IMG/VR virus record: IMGVR_UViG_2524614847_000004
Coordinates: 71,534 to 135,533 of that record
Source of the DNA: a virus
Taxonomy: Duplodnaviria; Caudoviricetes
Reading direction: 5' to 3' (one strand)
Length of the DNA: 64,000 nucleotides
Of the stretch, positions 60,521-64,000 are shown in pieces; position 1 is the first letter of the stretch, and each line of letters begins with the position of its first letter. Both the position numbers and the translations under genes were made by a program. The notes beneath the pieces were generated by a model. It made no database searches. It saw only the letters and a list, made by a program, of their open reading frames with translations, and had not been told where the DNA came from.

Positions 60521-60709
60521 CTATTGGTTAACAGACTTCCAACTATCAAAGCTATCTTTTCGACAACAAGTCAGGTATTTCCCTGTTAGGCTATACACAT
60601 ATACTGATCCAGTCATTGGATTTTCAATTATGTATTTAGTACCTTTTATCAATCCGAATTCATTTGTATTTGCCACAGCTCTATATTTATCCATAACCAG
60701 CACCTCCAT
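60521..60709 (-). CDS. Hypothetical protein
   Basis: GGAGGTG SD before an internal ATG. Confidence 0.45.
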   Translation of the reverse strand: MEVLVMDKYRAVANTNEFGLIKGTKYIIENPMTGSVYVYSLTGKYLTCCRKDSFDSWKSVNQ

Positions 60710-60928
60710 TTGTCAATTGAATCTTGTTTTTATGTTAATAAAAAACCACCGGGAATCCAGTGGTAAATTTGTATCAATTATTCTTTTTTTCTTTTCTAAC
60801 ATGCTTCGGATATTATATACACTCGGAAGCACCCTCGTATACATTAAAATGCTCCTCTACTTCATTAAATAAAATTAATCATTCATTTCCTATTTTCTGC
60901 GCGTTCTTATTATTCCAACAGAAATATT

Positions 60929-61807
60929 ATGAGTTTGAGGTGGGTGACACATATATACGATAGCAACGAAACGTATTTGTACGAAATAATTGAAGATTAT
61001 AAAGAGGCAGTATCAGCAGAGGAAAAGGACAAAATATTTAAATCGTTCTGCTCTTCTATCTGGTCTTCCAATAATAAAAGACGCATTTACACAAAATCAA
61101 TAAAGTTTAGTATAAGAAAAGACTTATTGGAAACAGATTTGCGACAAGCATTCAACACATGGTCAAGCGTAGATTATAAATATTATAAGTCAATGACGAA
61201 AGACGAGAATTGGTACTCTATTATTAGGCAGAAAATAAATAATTTCTATACCAGATATTTTGACAAGGAAATTATTCTATCAAAAGACTATATGGAATTG
61301 CTTAAAACACCAAAACACTTATACTTCCAGTGGATTGATGGCATAAATGGTATAGATGCTGAATCTGTTACATCAACTATAGATAATACTATACAAGAAG
61401 CCATAGACCTAAAAGAAAAACTACAAAAGCAAAAGATGGAATTGTCATGGAAAAACTATAAGGAATTAATAGAGGGGTTCTTACGAAGATGTTTTAATAA
61501 TTGTAAGCTTATAGGCGAATACGAAAACAAGACAAAATTATTAAGTAGGTTTGATTTTATAACGGAAGATAATTTTTATGTCAGATACATAAATAGATCA
61601 TTGGATAGTTATATAAAAAATTATCAGAAAGACTATTATGGTGTTAGGCGAGGTCACGGTAATAAATATAAACGTTGTAAAATATGTGGCAGTCTTATCG
61701 AGAAAACAAACAATAGGACATTATATTGTGATCAGTGCAAAATAGTGAAGCAAAAGGAATGGGATTTAAAATATAAACGTAAAATACGTTCAAAATTTAT
61801 TGTCTAG
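60929..61807 (+). CDS. Conserved phage protein with C-terminal Zn ribbon (sigma-like regulator candidate; start possibly ATA 60953)
   Basis: CKICG..YCDQC; position at the early/late strand switch. Confidence 0.55.
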   Translation: MSLRWVTHIYDSNETYLYEIIEDYKEAVSAEEKDKIFKSFCSSIWSSNNKRRIYTKSIKFSIRKDLLETDLRQAFNTWSSVDYKYYKSMTKDENWYSIIRQKINNFYTRYFDKEIILSKDYMELLKTPKHLYFQWIDGINGIDAESVTSTIDNTIQEAIDLKEKLQKQKMELSWKNYKELIEGFLRRCFNNCKLIGEYENKTKLLSRFDFITEDNFYVRYINRSLDSYIKNYQKDYYGVRRGHGNKYKRCKICGSLIEKTNNRTLYCDQCKIVKQKEWDLKYKRKIRSKFIV

Positions 61808-62114
61808 TTTTAGAAAAGCTCTACTTTCCATTGTAGTTAAGCCATTTATTGGTATTTTTCAGGTGTTATATATAAGGTATGGAAAACCAAGATATCACTT
61901 CGGTAACTACTTCGATAAAAATAGTAAAAAGACTTATTTAACTGGTTTTACCTTATGAGTAATATCATGAAACTTATATCTTTAGTTTATTTCATGTCAT
62001 ATTTTTGGAGATGTTTCTTTGGTATCAATATTTCTTCGAAATCAGTTTTCATACTTTTCTCTTCAAGCCAATAGCGGCGTTACAAATTCTAGTAGCGTTG
62101 CCATTGGTATCTTC

Positions 62115-62188
62115 TGGCTAATAGCTCAGTCGGTTAGAGCGCCTGTCTGTTAAACAGGATGTCGTAGGTTCAATTCCTACTTAGCCAG
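62115..62188 (+). tRNA. tRNA-Asn (GTT), CCA not encoded
   Basis: Acceptor tggctaa/ttagcca, D-arm gctc/gagc, anticodon cctgt-ctGTTaa-acagg, T-arm gtagg-ttcaatt-cctac. Confidence 0.93.
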
Positions 62189-62234
62189 TTACCGTATTTT
62201 ACGGAAATACATATTAAGAAAGAAGGTTTTTACA

Positions 62235-62408
62235 ATCGTAGAAATTACGAAGACAGAAAGTATTGAGCTACATCGATTAGGACATTCATTTGGTAGTGAA
62301 GGCGACCTACATCACACTTACAGCCGGTACAAGAAATATTACGTAACTGAATCCAGAAAGGCAATTGCAGATTTAAATAGGATTAGAAGATCTAAAATCA
62401 TTAGATAG
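62235..62408 (+). CDS. Small basic protein, 57 aa, apparent ATC start (not in the ORF track)
   Basis: AAAGAAGG SD; IVEITKTE..KKYYVTES..R. Confidence 0.45.
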   Translation: MVEITKTESIELHRLGHSFGSEGDLHHTYSRYKKYYVTESRKAIADLNRIRRSKIIR

Positions 62409-62486
62409 GTAAACTAATTGGGAAGAGTAAATTTACTCTTCTATTTTATTGCAAAAATATAAGAATGAAAGGAAGATTTTAATCAA

Positions 62487-62720
62487 ATGAGTAAATCAAA
62501 ATTAGTTTTCAAGAGAAATATTGTTGATAAATTAACAGTGAAAGGCATTCTGTCGGAGGACGGAACTTTTATTACATATGCTGATGAGAATGAAATTGAG
62601 CAGGAAGTCAGAGTTTCCGATTTGCTTAATGCATTTAAAAATCAGTCAATTGAATTTGGAGTTCAGCTTAAATCGGATGAGGATTTGGAACTGATTGAGT
62701 CTGAAGACGCTGAAGAATAA
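62487..62720 (+). CDS. YonK-like protein
   Basis: L.VKG.L..I..LL..F....IE..V pattern; precedes a metallophosphoesterase as in SPbeta. Confidence 0.55.
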   Translation: MSKSKLVFKRNIVDKLTVKGILSEDGTFITYADENEIEQEVRVSDLLNAFKNQSIEFGVQLKSDEDLELIESEDAEE

Positions 62721-62725
62721 AGGCG

Positions 62726-64000
62726 GTGAACATACTGTTTAATTTCGAAGAAGAACTAGTCAAGTATGGACTTAGTTCTGAAAGTTATGAATTATGTCTA
62801 AACGATATATCAAATAAAGTTACAGGAAAAAATGATATGGACTGGGAAGAAATTATTGATAAATATAATTTACCTATAGTAAAAGATACCCTTAGAAAAG
62901 CTTCGTCTCAATCCATATTTGGAAATGTCTTCGTATCAGAGTACTTTAAAAATAAGTCATTGTCTGAAAATGTTACTGATATTGAAAAGGCTCAAAATAC
63001 ATATAGATCTGAATCTTCAATTAATAAAGATGGAACATATACTAGCGATAAGCTTATTGCAATCAAAGAAGATGATTTAAAAAATCCCATTAGTTTGCTA
63101 AAAGCACATGGATTTGATATGAAAGATTGGGAGCTTGTTTCTGCTAGGAATAATATCTGGAATGTATATAGTAAACAAGACGGAATTCAGGAACTATATT
63201 CCAGTAAAATTGTAGTAAAACCAAGAAGTAATATTTCTCTAGAGGAAATACATGACTTTTACGAATGCTTGATAAAAGAGTATACCTCTCCTATTATTAA
63301 GAAGCATGAAAAAAGAGACGGATTTTTAGCAGAGATTCCTATCATGGATTTACATTTAGGAAAATTTTCGACTTCAGATATCGTAGCCGATGAATATAAT
63401 ACGAATATTGCTAGGAATTGCTTTAATAAAGTGATAGACGAATGTATTTACAGATTAAGAAACGTGTCTGTTGAAAAAATTATATTTCCAGTCGGACAAG
63501 ACTTTTTCCATTATGATACGGTTGGCACTACTACCACAGGTGGTACTCCGCAAGACTCAGATAGAAAACATCAAACTCTATTTAAAGATGGTGTAACTTT
63601 ATTAATAGATGGCATATCAAAGTTATCATCTGAATTAAAGGCTCCTATTGAAGTGTTTTGTGTTCCAGGCAATCATGATTTCATGACAAGCTACCATGCT
63701 GTAATGTCTCTTTGGTGTTATTTTCACAATAATGAGAATGTAACGGTAGATTTGTCAACATTTCCTCGTAAATATGTTGAATTTAACGGAGCTGGTATCA
63801 TGGTCACAAATACATGGTATCTGTATAACCAGGCATGGTATTATCTAGGGCCTGATGGAGCTATGTGTACATCTCAGTTAATAGCAAACTCCGTAAAGAT
63901 TTATGCTGTCAATGCTGATGGTAAAATGGTTACGGGTGAAATATTACTCTCAACGCTGAGTGACGGAGCATTAGTATATAAAGGACTTGTAAATCAGTAA
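62726..64000 (+). pseudogene. Metallophosphoesterase truncated and fused in frame to an endolysin-type cell-wall-binding C-terminus
   Basis: DLHLG, GQDFFH and PGNHD present; HG/GHxH motifs missing; switch at KYVEF|NGAGIMV..WYYLGPDGAM. Confidence 0.7.

Larger units (their letters stand above)
50759..64000. mobile_element. Decayed SPbeta-like prophage B (continues beyond the window)
   Basis: Broken integrase, short early-gene remnant, second metallophosphoesterase fused to an endolysin-type tail. Confidence 0.6.

Noticed and set aside
1-64000. CRISPR array
   Set aside because: No regularly spaced direct repeats with unique spacers were seen by eye

Overview
AT-rich, SPbeta-like temperate phage DNA from a Clostridia host, probably Lachnospiraceae (inferred from the cell-wall-binding repeat style). 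Positions 1-43 kb hold a head-tail module on the + strand: terminase, portal, scaffold, capsid, neck and tail tube, lysis genes, BRO, RecU, a tyrosine recombinase, tape measure, baseplate and fibres. Positions 43-50.7 kb are accessory and SOS genes (YczE-like, ATP ligase, Ku, DinB, LexA). A tRNA-Pro 3'-half att site at about 50.7 kb is followed by what looks like a second, decayed SPbeta-like prophage with a broken integrase, deletion fusions and a tRNA-Asn. The main result is that the tape measure gene is split by a 1873-nt group I intron (23217-25089). P1-P8 can be paired by eye, and the predicted splice restores the reading frame. Instead of a homing endonuclease, the intron carries two independently promoted cargo genes and a terminator, and it uses an unusually long (about 25 nt) P10 pairing to reach the distant 3' splice site. 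Other notable signals are a DGR-type variable region in a tail protein with no reverse transcriptase in the window, a C4-like leader before the BRO gene, recurrent non-AUG starts and two unexplained structured non-coding regions. All calls come from reading the sequence; no searches were run.
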